A stretch of DNA of 64,000 nt from Sphaerodactylus townsendi (GCF_021028975.2 NC_059427.1:115878001-115942000); one strand, 5' to 3'. Shown: positions 36,092 through 48,740, counted from the first letter of the stretch. Notes: a model not told the origin generated them from the letters alone. Program-made: numbers and translations.

Positions 36092-36305
36092 TGGTTTGGT
36101 TGCTGTGGGTTTTCCAGGCTGTGTGGCTGTGGTCTGGCAGATCTTGTTCCTAATGTTTCGTCTGCATCTGTGGCTTGCATCTTCAGAGGTATATCACAGA
36201 GAGAAGTCTGTTATACACTGTGTCCAGTCTGGACCACGGCCACGCAGCCTGGAAAACCCACCACAACCAGTTGAATCTGGCCGTGAAAGCCTTCGACAAT
36301 ACATA
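36092..36305. mobile_element. Penelope-like element remnant (inverted pseudo-LTR pieces)
   Basis: Inverted arms GGTTGCTGTGGGTTTTCCAGGCTG / CAGCCTGGAAAACCCACCACAACC; end GGCCGTGAAAGCCTTCGACAATACAT; hammerhead-like core. Older Penelope-like relics lie at about 12240-12450, 23105-23330 and 35480-35640. Confidence 0.75.
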
Positions 36306-37134
36306 CTTATTGTCTGGTTTCAAATGTGTAACTTGAGGATAACAGATTTTCCATTACAAGACATACAGTTGAAACTAAATTTATATATAAGGACTACTCC
36401 AGCTTTCAACAAAATAGTATAAAAGTGCTTTTTCTTTAGTATTAGAAAGAACAGAAACCTCAATTCTCTTGCAAATAATTTTTAGACAGTGAACCCCTAG
36501 AAGCACTATGGAGTAGCACTCTATTTGGAGCTATCCTTGAAGCGTGTTTAGTAGCTGCAGTTAGTGCAGAATGCTGCAGCTAGACTAATGATTGGGGCCC
36601 GCTATCAGAAGCATATGTCCCCAATACTACAGCAATTACACTGACTACTGATCCATGCCCGAGCTCAATTCAAGGTATTGGCTTAGTCCTTTAAAATCTT
36701 TCATATAAAGGACTGTCTTCTCCTATGTGTTCTGCCCTGGGAATTAAGATCATGGGGAAATGCCCTCCTGACTGTCTCATATTTAGAAGAGCTGTTATTT
36801 CGCTGCGCATTAGTACAAATGAGAATGTTGCCATCACTAGGTTACTGTTTTGGGTGCTGTTATATGCATGCAAATTTTCATACACAGATAAGTACCTAAG
36901 AAGTTGAGGCACCCCCTTCCCTAGGATTATACTAATTCCATCACTTGTGCCATCTAATTTAGCTTGGTAAAATTGCTACTCAAAAGTGAACAACCTGCAC
37001 ATTTGGTTCCTTCCGAGACATTTTAGTACATATAAGCAGATACGTTTAGTTGTGGAAATAGTGCAACTTTCAGACTTGCATGAGCACAGATATTATCTGC
37101 ACTAGAAACCTGCATTAGTCATGCTGTGCCATAC

Positions 37135-37765
37135 CTACTGGACTATTCAAATTCTTGTTTGGATTCTTTTCTCGCAGGAGGCACAGAGAATCCTGGTATT
37201 TTTTGGTAGAGGGGTCCCTCCCCAGAATACTTAAATCATAAGTATCAAGAAGAATGAATCGAAATTTAGTCTTTGGGCAAAAATGATAAGCATAATAAAA
37301 TTCTGCAGATGCTTCTGTGGTGGTCTGGTCTCCAGCAAAATTGCTAAGCAAAGTCTGATCTTGTAAATATTTGCTGTTCAGCACAGATTTTTCTAGATAG
37401 CTTCTGCTGAAGTTATACAATTCATGATTGCCCCATATATGATGGACTGGGGCGCTGAGCTTCTTAAATTTTTTCATGACTCTTGACAGTGCCTTCTCTG
37501 ATGTGCTATATTGGGCATTAAAGCCATCAATGATGTCCCCAAGCTGTAACACAAACTGAGGGCGAACTTTTTCCCCATTCCAATCTTTAATTGCATTTTG
37601 GAGGTGTTGCAAGCTATGCCTGTAGTATCTCTGTCGGACTTCCAAATAATCATAGCCATCTTCTAGATCAGCATACTGAATATCTGCTATGACTCCAAAG
37701 GAGAAGAGCATGTCAGAGGTTCCAGTTATTGTTGCTCCTTGTTGGCAGCTAAGATCTTCATCCAT
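37135..37765 (-). CDS. ADPRM: ADPRM (Mn-dependent ADP-ribose/CDP-alcohol diphosphatase) first coding exon
   Basis: Metallophosphoesterase motifs [20 protein letters not shown] and WGNHE. Acceptor ttgttctag| at 37790, 25 nt upstream of the ATG. Donor GTAG|GTATGG at 37135. Confidence 0.96.
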
Positions 37766-38407
37766 AACTGCCCAAAGATCTTGTTAAAATCTAGAACAAA
37801 GAAAAAAATGACAGTTTATATGCTAAAACAGATCGAACAAAATGAGTATGGGTGAATGTTTTATTCAGACATGATTACTACTGGGTCATCTTTTAGGCAA
37901 ACTGCATTTCCAAATACAGCATTTGGAATAACTGAGGTTACAATTGCAATCTATGAATGTTTACTGGGGCTAGTTCAGTGGGGTTTACTCACTGACTGAC
38001 TTCTGAACAAACAAACATGGGAACAGGATATATTGGTGGAGTTCTGTTAAATTTTACTTCAGAACAGCCAAAATGATAGGACTTTGAAGTACACACACAT
38101 ACAAACAAGGGGGTTCCAGATCCCCCATGTAACAGTCTAGCAGTGCAATCTGTGGTGGTGGGGAAAAGGGAATCTTTTGAAGTGGTGTGAAGGTGCACCA
38201 ATGTAGTTGCCCACTCTGCCTCCATAAGGGGCAAATGAGCCTGTGGAGGGACTGCGCTGCGCCCAAACCCCGAAACTGCCACACGTTCCAGTTCAGGAAT
38301 ATCCCCTATGCCACTTTTAGCAACTTACACTGCCTTTTAGTGTGGTGTAGTTCATTGGGTGGTAATAAGGGTTTTCAGGTCAGCTGAGGAGTTTTTCAGT
38401 TTTCTAA

Positions 38408-38917
38408 GGCCGTTTCCGCACGGCCGCCATGCGCTTAACGCCGCTTCAAGAGTTCTTGCCGGCGTAGCGTAAAAGCCTGTTCAAGCACGCAAGCGTCGCC
38501 GAGCAGAATGAAAGCAGAAACCCCGCCCGGGAGGGGCGGCATCCGCTTGCGGGTCAGCCTCCTTCCTGCCCCACTCGCGATGTCTCCGTTAAGTGGCCTG
38601 CTGGCCGTGGAAGCCCCGCCCACGCTGCCCTCCTCGACCCCTGGTCGGAGGACGAGTGTAGGCGGGCTACGGCCAGCAGGCGACTTCCACGGAGACATCG
38701 TGGAGTGGGGCGGAGAAGGGAGACAGGCGATCTTCCCCCCAACAACAACCCTTTAAAGGGTTGTTGTTTAGGGTGGCCTGACGCCGCCCTGGGGGGAAGG
38801 AAGCGCAGTCAGGTCGGCGCTGCTGCATTGCAGCAGTGCCACCTGTGCGAACGGCGGCCTGGGGGCGGCGTTTTTGCCGCTCCCAGGCCGTTGTTTTTGG
38901 GCCGTGCGGAAACGGCC
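38408..38917. mobile_element. PIF/Harbinger-like MITE (young, CpG-rich)
   Basis: Perfect 17-bp TIR GGCCGTTTCCGCACGGC; 3-bp TSD TAA; internal palindromes. Confidence 0.85.
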
Positions 38918-39788
38918 TAAGTTCTCCATGCCTCCTGAAACCCCTTAAGGGTAGTGCTGTCCCCAGCTGCCATGGGACTGCCCCGCTTTGGATTGCCCTG
39001 TTAGCTTCCTTGGTGCACAAATAATGAAAGCACACATTCACACTCTGGGCAGGTGTCCATCCAGACCACTGAACAAATGTAACCAGTAGCCTGTTTGGGG
39101 CAGAATTTTTTGGTTGGAAGAGAAAAATAAGGAAACCTTTGAACTACCAACCAGGCAACTCTTCTTTGGATAGATGTAAATTCCCAAAGTTTGGTTTGGC
39201 TCACATTTTTGCAAAACCCTGTTCATCCTGGTCCATTTACACATCACAGAATTCCTTAAAGTGATCACTGAAAACAGGCTGGTGTGGCACAGTGGCATTA
39301 GAGCAGTTCTAGCTCTGCAAAAACCCATGTCCAAATGTCCACCAAGAATCTGGGCCAGTCACTCTCAGTTCTCCTAACCTGCCAGTTAGAATTGTTGAGG
39401 ATAAAAGTGAAGAAGGAATGAACCATCATGCCACTTCTAACTATTTGGAGGAAGGGTGAAATAGAAAGATAATAGATAAGCAAGAAGGCTCTCAGCCCTT
39501 CATATGGGTTTATCTATAATGTACTCATATGATTTATACTTCACTCTTCTTCTCAAAGGGGCATAACCTGGATGTGCCCATCACACGAGCTCCCCTTTAT
39601 GTGGGGGTCCAATCTGACGGGTCGCCGATATTTGGGATTATTTACATATTGTAAGAATTAAAATCTAAATTGAACTTCGTTTCGCATGCTTCTGTAACCA
39701 ACACAACTGCCTGAAAAGCACCACGCTTGTTGTTTTTTGCATCTACGTGGAGAGAAAATACGCTATAACTATGGGAACGGCGACTCAC

Positions 39789-39900
39789 CTCCTTTAAGGC
39801 GACAGCATCACAGGAGAAGTCCTCTCCCATCGGTCAGCTACAACTCCCTTTCCGGGTCTATTCATCCTCCCACTTCCTTCTGTTGGTTTCCTGTAAATAG
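39789..39900 (-). other. ADPRM: probable non-coding exon 1 of ADPRM (5' boundary approximate)
   Basis: Strong donor GAG|GTGAGT on minus at 39789/39788, next to the shared promoter. The first coding exon starts at an acceptor, so an upstream UTR exon is required. Confidence 0.6.
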
Positions 39901-40200
39901 TCAGATACAGACAGAAGAAACTTGTGATGAAGAGCCCGGACTTCCAATCAGAATGAAATGCAGCCGGTATATAAAATGATGCCGTGACTCTCTATCCCTC
40001 GATCTATTTGTTGTAAAAGCCCGAAATTCTTTCCGGGGGAAGCATTGCCCGGAAGTTCCGGCGCTCGCCGCTAGTCTTTTGTTTTTCTTATCGCTATGAC
40101 AGTACGACGGAAAAGGAAGTGACGTAGGGAGTGGCGGAAGTGAAGCGATGTCTTCCGTAGGAGGCAAGGGCAACTGCACGAGGACAGGAAGGAAAGATGG
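39900..40200. promoter_or_regulatory. ADPRM/SCO1 bidirectional promoter
   Basis: Head-to-head genes. ETS/GABP motifs CCGGAAGT (40049-40056) and GCGGAAGT (40134-40141), ETS-CRE composite AGGAAGTGACGT (40114-40125), CCAAT (39944), and YY1-like AAGATGG over the SCO1 ATG. Confidence 0.8.
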
Positions 40201-40346
40201 TCGCTTCAGTCAGACCCGTTTTACGGCTGTTGGCAGGGCGGCTGCTGCGAGCCCCGCTGTGTTGTGCTTGCTCCTGTCACCCAGCCCGCTCCTTGGCCAC
40301 GGAGCCCCTGGGCAATAAGCCGCGGGAAGGCCCCAGCAAACCTGGG
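40197..40346 (+). CDS. SCO1: SCO1 exon 1 (mitochondrial presequence)
   Basis: MVASVRPVLRLLAGRLLRAPL... is Arg/Leu-rich and ends in SKPG as in human. Phase-0 donor GGG|GTGAGC. Confidence 0.88.
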
Positions 40347-40874
40347 GTGAGCAAGTGGTGGGCCCTGTGGACCCTGTTAAAATATACCTGTTTATCACTC
40401 TATTTTTTATTTTTTAAATGTTGTTAGCTGCCCTTTTTCCTTATGAAGCTCAAGGTGCCTTACAGCATAGATAAAATATATTTTTAAAAACCCCAGATTG
40501 AAAATCACAATTCAGGACTGTTGAGGAACTTAACCAAATGCAGTCCTAAATAAAACCATCTTCTGCTGCCTCCTAAAGATTGAAAGTGAGGGAGGCAGGT
40601 TTACCTCCCCAGGGAAAGGTTGTTCCCTTAATTGGGCTGTCACTGAAAATGCCTTCTCTTGGATACACTATTTGAGCCCCAAAAGCAGGAAGGGGGAAGA
40701 AAAGGCAAAGATGAATTAGGTATTTGCATAGGGTGAAAAGGTATAATTTGGACTAGAGGCAGAGTTAGATTATTAATCTGTGAAAGCAATTGGTAGGACA
40801 ACAATTTTGTGAGTAAACTGTTTTGAGAAAAATGTTTATTTACACAAATACTTCCTGTTTCTTTTTGCTAGTAG

Positions 40875-40965
40875 CCTGTGACTTGGAAATCTCTGGTGAT
40901 TACATGTGCTGTTGGTGGAGGATTGTTAGCAGTAATGAAATATTTCAAGAAAGAAAAAGAAGACA
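40875..40965 (+). CDS. SCO1: SCO1 exon 2 (transmembrane helix)
   Basis: Encodes [30 protein letters not shown]; 91 nt; donor A|gtatgt. Confidence 0.94.
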
Positions 40966-41760
40966 GTATGTATGCCACAACTGTATTTTTATCTAATCTT
41001 TTTGCTGTATTTGTGTGGACATGTGTTCCTTCCTAAATGTGGGAGAATTTTTACAAGTGGTTGTCTTAACTCATTTGTTAAGAGTGTTAGATATGACGTA
41101 AATTTGACTTGGTGGAACTGGGGTGTGTGGCTACCTTTTGTTTTCATCACACTACTCTCTTGTTAACCTTCTCTTTGTGTCTCTGTGTCTCTCTCTGTGT
41201 CTCAACTGGTGAGCTCCTCAGATCAACACGGGGGCGGGGGGGGGGGTGACTGCCTCAACTGGTGAGCCTGCAGCAGCCTCACCAGTTCAGATCGGTCCTG
41301 GGGGAGGTGATGGGCACTGAGGGTGTGTGGCTGCCTCAACTGGTGAGCTTACAGCAGGCTTGCGAGCCCATGTGAGTACTGGGGGTGGGGAGGTGGCAGC
41401 TGCCTCATTAGGCTTTCCAGGGCAGATTGGGAGCAGGGAACTGGTTGGTTCCTGAACTGGTGAGCCCACAGCGGGATTGCCAGGTCAGAATTGAGATGGG
41501 ATTGTCTCAGCTGGCTTGCAGGCCTGAAAAGTTCTTTCAAGGGTCCAGATCCATCCCTTGGGCCACATGTTTGACACCTGAGTTGCTTTCCATTGTTGTA
41601 CATGATACTATCCAGAATAATGTTATGTATCACACACACACCCTCTACAGCCTAAATCATTGTATAAAATAAAACAAGAGGTAGCTAGCTAATTTTGAAA
41701 TGCTATAAAGTTCCATTTGTAAAAAAGCTGCAAGCATATAACCGTCCATTCTGCTTTCAG

Positions 41761-41958
41761 TGCTGGAGAAGGAGCGGAAACGATCTCTGGGAAAGCCATT
41801 GTTAGGTGGCCCTTTCTCACTTATTAATCATGATGGACAGCCCAAGACAGATCGTGACTATCTGGGCCAGTGGGTATTAATGTATTTTGGTTTTACACAC
41901 TGCCCTGACATCTGCCCAGAAGAGCTGGAAAAAATGATTCTAGCAGTGGATGCAGTTG
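41761..41958 (+). CDS. SCO1: SCO1 exon 3 (CxxxC copper-binding motif)
   Basis: Encodes [12 protein letters not shown]...[18 protein letters not shown]; 198 nt; ttcag|...G|gtaagt. Confidence 0.97.
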
Positions 41959-42039
41959 GTAAGTAAGCTGAACTGAAATTTCCCTTTAATAGCTTTTCAT
42001 CAGAATCTTCTTATTTGGCTAACCTTCATCTTAGAGATA

Positions 42040-42935
42040 AGTGTCTAGTCCGGTGCTACAGGGTTCTGTCCTGGGCCTAATGCTATTCAGTATTTTTATA
42101 AAGCACTTGGATGATGGAATTCAGGGCATGATAATGAAGTTTGCATATTAGGGGGTGTAGGTAATACCCTAGTGGACAGGGTCAGAACTCAAAATGATCT
42201 TGACAGATTAGAGAGCTGGGTCAAAACTAATGAAATTCATTTCATAAGGAAGAAAGGTAAGGTAGAAAAATGAAATGCACAGATATAGGATGGGTGACAC
42301 CTTGTTTGACAATAGTACAGGTGAAAGAGAGTCTTAGTAGACCACAAGCTGAACATGAGTCAACAATGTGATGTGGCAGCTAGAAAGCCAGTGCAATTCT
42401 GGGCTGCATCAATAGGATCAGTAGAACAACAAGAGTTGTGAGGTCAGAACTCACCTGGAATACTGTGTCCAGTTCCAGGCACACATATCAAGGATATTGA
42501 CAAGCTGGAGCCTGTGCTGAGGAGGATGATCAAAATGGTAGGAGGTCTGAAATCTGTTTCCTATGAGGAGAGACTAGGGAGCTGGGTGTGTTAATCTGGA
42601 GAAGAGAAGGTTAAGGAATGACATGATAGCCATATTTAAGTATTTGAAGGGATTTTATGCTGAAGATGGAGCAAGCTCGTTTTCTGCTTCTCCAGAGACT
42701 AGGATGAGAAGTAATGGAGTCAAACCATGAGAAAAGAGATTCCCCCTAAACATTAGGAAGAATTTCCTGAAGGTAAGAGCTGTTTGACAGTGGAATACAC
42801 TTCCTTGGAGAGTGGTGAAGTCTCCTTCTTTGGAGGTTTTTAAACAGAGGCTGGATGGCCATCTGTTGGGAATGCTTTGATTGTGTGTACATACAACCCC
42901 CGATGACTCTTGTAGTCTCCTTCAGCAATATGATT
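42040..42935 (+). mobile_element. CR1 LINE 3' fragment (RT C-terminus and 3' UTR)
   Basis: V.QGSVLG..LF.IFI..LD, ILGCINR and HLEYCVQF motifs; typical CR1 3' UTR TCTCCTTCTTTGGAGGTTTTTAAACAGAGGCTGGATGGCCATCTG. Confidence 0.88.
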
Positions 42936-45449
42936 TGCAGTATAAGTATTTCTGTAAGTTCTGTAAACTGGATGTATTTTTCTGTTGTGTTTGTATGAAT
43001 TCCCTTGCACAAGAATACAGTACGATATCAGCGATGGGAAGTTGACAAGTATTGTATGGAATGGGCAGAGCACAATTTGTACAAAGTCTGGTCACTGGTT
43101 GTGTTTGGATATAATGAAAAATGTGTGTGGAGGTGTTTGAAATGGGCCCAGATGTGGCTTGTTTGCTTGCTGTCTCATCTTAGTGCTCCCCTTGCATAGA
43201 ACATGATTGAAATCTTCCTGGTTTCAGAAACCTTGAATCAAACCGCTGCTGAATCCAGATGGTTGGCAATGTGGAGTTTGAAGACTTTCAGTCATATTCT
43301 GTATGGAAAGGGAGAAAGAAGGGTGGTTAAAATGTAAGCATATCAAGCTATCTGTGTCCATTTATAACAAAAAAAAGATTTGTTGTGTTGCCATAGCAGG
43401 GCTGGTTTGTGTATCCTTGTTTTCATGTTTTGAGAAGCATTATATTTTCCCATAGCAAAAGGTTGCTGCTGCCCCCTTGTGGTACTACCTTCATTGTGTT
43501 GGGCCTTTAGTCGATCTATGGCTACCAATCTTGATCCTCCTTGATCTGAGGTTGCAAATGCCTTAGCAGACCAGGTGCTAGGGAACAGCAGCAGCAGAAG
43601 GCCATTGCTTTCACATCCTGCATGTGAGCTCCCAAAGGCACCTGGTGGGCCACTGCGAGTAGCAGAGTGCTGGACTAGATGGACTCTGAAATTACTGATC
43701 CAGCAGGTGCAGGCTTGTTCTTGAGTGTTTTTTTTATAACATACATCGCTACTCTAGCCATGGCATAAGCTTCACTCACTGGGGTCCTCCATCCAGATAT
43801 TTTTTTTAAATTAAGTAAATTTCTTCAATGAATTTCTGCTGATATAAGTAGTTTGCATTAATTATTCTAGTAGCTGATTTTGAGCTTTCTGGTTTGCAGG
43901 AATCTTTACACATATAAACTTAGAATTACAGATAATCTTTGGGTCAAGCTAGCATTGTCCTGCTCATTTAAAAGAGAACATGTGCTTGAATAAACTCTCC
44001 TTTTCCTTTGTCCTTTCCATGTACTTCCTCCCTGCCTGTCATCCTGTGCTAGTTCTTGTTGTGTACTGTATTCCTTCACACTACTTTTCAGACTTTCTAT
44101 CCAGCCATAAAGGTAGCAGCACTGAAATAAGTAGGAATTAGGTAACTTGTAAATACACATAAGCTGAAATTCTCTTGCTCCTATTATTTAATAGGAGAAT
44201 TTAGATTGGCCTGCTGCCTAAACATTGTTTCTTGTGAAAATAGCATCATAGAGTTGGAAGGGGCTATACAGGCCATCTAGTTCAACCCCCTGCTCAGTGC
44301 AGGATCCAGCCTAAAACATCTCTGACAGGTGTTTCTTGGGATGCATAAGTGGGGTGCCATTTCATGCATTCTACATAGGCCTCCCCTCACAGTCGATTCG
44401 GAGCCACCAGTTGGTGCAGAATATTGTAGCTCAGCTGGATGGAGTCTGCATGTTTATTCAATGATGCAGTCACTCCCTTAATTGCCCATCAGTTACTGGG
44501 TTCAATTCAAGATACTGGCTATCACATAGAAAGCCCTTCATGGCTTTGGCCCTTCATACTCTTGTGCTTTATCAGAGCTTCTGAGCAGGGCTTTTTGCCG
44601 GTGCTACCCTGCAAATGGGCAAAATCAACAGTTGCCCATATATGTGCATTTTGTGGCCTCCATCTTATGGAATGGCCAGCCTGATGAAGTTAGGAAGATT
44701 CCCACGTGCCTGGCTTTCCAAAACGAGATTATTCAAGAGGGAAAGTTGTAGAGGAAATAGGACTGAACTTTAGCAATATAGTTCAAAGAGAAGCTAGGAG
44801 TAAAGGGCTAGGGACTGTAGACTGTACCACTGTGTATAGTTTTTATTATCCATTTCTGTATGTCATCTCCTACTATGTAATTTTTGTATTGGGTGACGTG
44901 ATGTTAGTACTTATGCTTTGCTTCACCTCTGGCTGGTGCTAGATTTCTACAGTTCAAACGCTACTGATTTATCCAATCTGTTGGATGATTCACCCTGTTG
45001 AATATATTGATTTATTCTGTGTAATTTGCCTTAAGTCCCACTGAGAAAGGCAAACTGTAAATATCATAAACAAATACCAGAAAAAGCCTTATCCGTTTTC
45101 CACTTGCCCCATTTCTGATGTCGTGGGGGCAGGGCGGGGGTGCAGGCAGGGAACAGCACATTTATATAGAAGAAGTTAATCCACACATTAGTCCTGGGTG
45201 GGACAGTTCAGGGCTTTTAAAGTCAATACAATCACTTTGAATTGTGCCTGGGAACTAGTAGGCAGTAAAAATCTCAGTACGGTGGGGTGTGTCCACTCTG
45301 GCAAGTGCCTGCTAAAAATGTGAGTCAACTTTTAAAAAGGCAAATAGGCAAATCAAATTGACTGATCTCTAAAAAGAGTTTTCCAGAACTGGGTTGTGGT
45401 TTTGTTTTAGTAATCTACTGCAATGCACAATTGGCAAATAAGCTAGGAA

Positions 45450-48300
45450 AGTGGTTAGTTTACAAATTGAGAAAAGATAAAGAAAAAATATTTAGAAGCT
45501 ACAGGGAAGGGATATTTTAATGAACAATGTGTCAATGCCAAAAGTATTTCTGAACTATTATATAAAAGACAAGAGATTTCGCTGGCAAAAATAGGATACT
45601 TTAGAAAATAAAACTTACCTAAGACGACAGAAGAGCAAAGATGTATTATGAATGGTACCATAACAGTCAGAGAAGTGGTGAAGGGTATTAAAAAAAATCA
45701 AGCCAGGAAAGATCCCAGGTCAAGATGGCCTTTGGGGTTTGTACTACAAGCGCTCTCAAGATGAAATTTTACTACCTCATGATGCTTAATTAAAAACTAA
45801 TCCTTATGTCATGATGAATAACTTTGAACTATCATGTATGTTAAATACAAAACTATCTTTAGATCAAAAAGCATTTTATTTTTAAAAATCTGATTTAAAT
45901 TTTTTAAAATCTGCTTTTTAGTTTTGTTTTAAATAATTGATTTTTATTTATCCTGATCTGAGTATTATGTTATGAAATACGAATGGCATGCTGTTTCAGA
46001 ATAATTATGTTAAAACATGGAATGAAGTTAAAAAGGATCTGTCAAGATGGAATAAACTGCTGTTACCATTGGTGGGGAGAATTTCTGTGATTAAAGTGAC
46101 TGTATTTCCAGTAATGATATTTTTGTTTCAAACAATACCAGCATTGGTGAATGACATTGCATTTAAACAATGGCAGAAGAACATACTAAACTTTTATCAA
46201 AGGGAAAAATCTCAGGTTAAATATAAAATGTTGCAGTATGCAAAATAACGAGGAAGTCTAGATCTGCCTTGCATTTTCAGTTCCCTTTTCAGTTGGAAAT
46301 TTTTTAATAAAATTAAAATGAGGAAATACAATAAAACAGTAAATATTAAGATCATTTAAAAACACGTGCAAGATCTCTGGCTACAGCTCATAGCCGGCCC
46401 ACATCATTTGAAAATAGCAATTTCAAAATAATATAATAACTGGAGCACAAGATAGCAGAGTTAATAAGAGATTCCAGTGTATTATGCCTAGCTACTGTGT
46501 AATAACGTATATGAGATGGTTTCAGTAGCTCCAGGAGCACAAAAATAGTTTATTTCAGTGCAGGGAATACCTTTCACCCTGCCTGTGTATTCAGCTGTTA
46601 GAAGTGAATACCATCTTGCTAGAAAAATTAAGTCCATGTTTGAGATGTTTTATATTAACCATTATATTAAGCATGCTATTCTGAGAACATGGGATGTGTT
46701 TAAACCTAAACTATGTCAGAAATTGCTGAGGTGGCCTTTCACCACAAGAACTCTTCCGATATGAAATGATATTTGAAAACGAGTGGATCACATAGCGTGA
46801 CATTTTAGACTTCTCATTAGGAGAATGTAAAGTGAAATCAAGAGATCAATTATTAATAGAAGGTAATATTTGTAATTGGTTTGCTTATGCGCAATTATTA
46901 GACAGATTTAAAAGAGATAAAAGATCTCATGGTTTGGAAGCTTCTAAAACTGAATTTGAAATGGAACTGTGCATGAGTAACGATCATATTATTGCCAAAA
47001 TGTATAAACTCTTCTTGCGATTTGTCACAGAAGAAGAAGGAATGAAGTGTATGACTAAATAGGCCGTCAACTTTAAGCACAATATATAGATGGAACAATG
47101 GGAAAATATGTAGTTAACAGCCCAAACCGGGGGGGCGGGAGGGCTGAAGTGATTCCTGGTGTTCACTGGTGGATTTGCCATCCTGAGGGTACATACCCTG
47201 GTGGAGGGGCAAATTTGCCAGCAGGTGGCCACAGCAGCCGTCTGAGACACCCAGCTCTTGCACTGCTGCTGGCCCTGCCAGTATAGCAGGGGCATTCCAG
47301 AGGTAAGGCCAGGGGTGAAGCTGATGTTATTTGTCCCACACTTTGGCATTGCCTCCAGGTATATGGTGGCTCAGGCCATGGACATACGCCACCCTTTTAT
47401 GTGGTGTAAGCTCATTAAGCCCTATGGATGGCTTTCTGGCAGCAGGGTTTGGGGGGGGGAGAGTGTGTTCATGTTCCCATTCTGCCAGAAACCCCTCTGG
47501 AGGCAGCAGGGCGCTGCCACAACAGCACGGACCCCGGCCACCCAGTGTCTGGATTGGCCTCTCCAGGGTCTTAAATTTACATAATGTTCCAGTCTTAAAG
47601 ATAATTTCTATACATTGCTGTATTGTTGGTATCTGTCACCAGAGATATTGGCAAAGATGTATTAAAACGCTTTGAATTCATGTTGGGAATGTCATCATCA
47701 AGAGGAGATTTTTGATAATTTTTGGTGGACTTGTAACAAAGCTTAAAAAATTTAAAGACTCCTGGATTCAACCAGAAGATTTTAAGGTTTTTAAAGACAA
47801 ATGATACCAGAGGGGGGGTGGTGGTGGTGGTGGGGGGGGGGGGGGTTTATGGATAGATAACTTGCAAAAAAAAGGAACTTTGTTTTTACACATGATAGTA
47901 GCAGTAAGAATGGCTTTTGGAGCTAGTGGAGACAGCTTAACTTTCTTCTTTGATTGGAGAAAAGAACTTATTTAAATTCTTAGATAATTGGAAATCCCTG
48001 AGATGTTTTTGTGTAAAACAGAAAATAATGAATCAATCATTTGTGAATTTGAAAAATAGAAAAACAAGAAAATGGATATAATAGAGAAAAGTGAGAAGCT
48101 TATTAATAATACTAATGAAGATTTTTTGCAGTTGTAACTAGAGAGCAAGTTGTAAGCTTTTGAATATGTTTATACTAGGTAGAAATGAAATTGTGAGCCT
48201 TCCCTCCCTCCCATTATGTGTACATTTTGTGTTTTTGCTCTCTTTTTGTTTGTTTGACTTCTCTACGTTTTAAAAGTGTGAATAATAAAAACTTCTAATG
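45450..48300 (+). mobile_element. fragmented L1-clade LINE with nested insertions (SCO1 intron 3)
   Basis: ORF 45988-46248 WNKLLLPLVGRISVIKVTVFPVMIFLFQTIP is an L1 ORF2 post-RT motif. Remnants KxPGxDG (about 45710) and CWECHH...FWWTC (about 47680). Ends with AATAAA. Confidence 0.75.
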
Positions 48301-48513
48301 TTATAAGCTTTTAAAAGGGGTCTGGAGAATCACCCTGCTTTAAAATGCTTAGAAAATTTCTTATATTTAGTCATATTTCCCCCTCCCCCCATGGGAACAA
48401 GAGTTCAAAATGGCAGCTAAGCTTTGGGCACCCGTAACCATATTTGAGTTCTTAAGTATAGAGCTGAGGGTCTGCTCAGCAGGCATCCTAATTACTGTGT
48501 TTTTGGTTGATAG

Positions 48514-48606
48514 ATTGCATCTCATCTCTGCCAAACGTCACTCCACTCTTTATCAGCATTGACCCAGAAAGGGACACTAAAGAAGCCATTGCCACTTATG
48601 TTAAAG
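48514..48606 (+). CDS. SCO1: SCO1 exon 4
   Basis: gatag|AT...AAAG|gtactc; encodes [31 protein letters not shown]; 93 nt. Confidence 0.95.
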
Positions 48607-48740
48607 GTACTCCTTAATTTCTTTACCCAGTACTGTACATCTTAACCGTGTAACTATGTCCAGAAAAGTTGTTGCAGCAGTGAAAGAACATCGCTTGATT
48701 CCACTAATGCAAGCTCCATTGTTTTTTTTTTAACTTCAAG

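Noticed and set aside
38435-39041. Cluster of GC-rich ORFs and an apparent CpG-island promoter
   Set aside because: Explained by the Harbinger-like MITE (38408-38917) with TIR and TSD; no transposase motifs.
41180-41580. Repeated AACTGGTGAGC motif (4x) as a regulatory array in SCO1 intron 2
   Set aside because: The block ends in GGGCCACATGTTTGACACCTG, a hAT-type terminus, so these are probably transposon internal repeats.
45988-47062. Intact retrotransposon or host gene in SCO1 intron 3
   Set aside because: L1 ORF2 remnants broken by stops, frameshifts and nested insertions.
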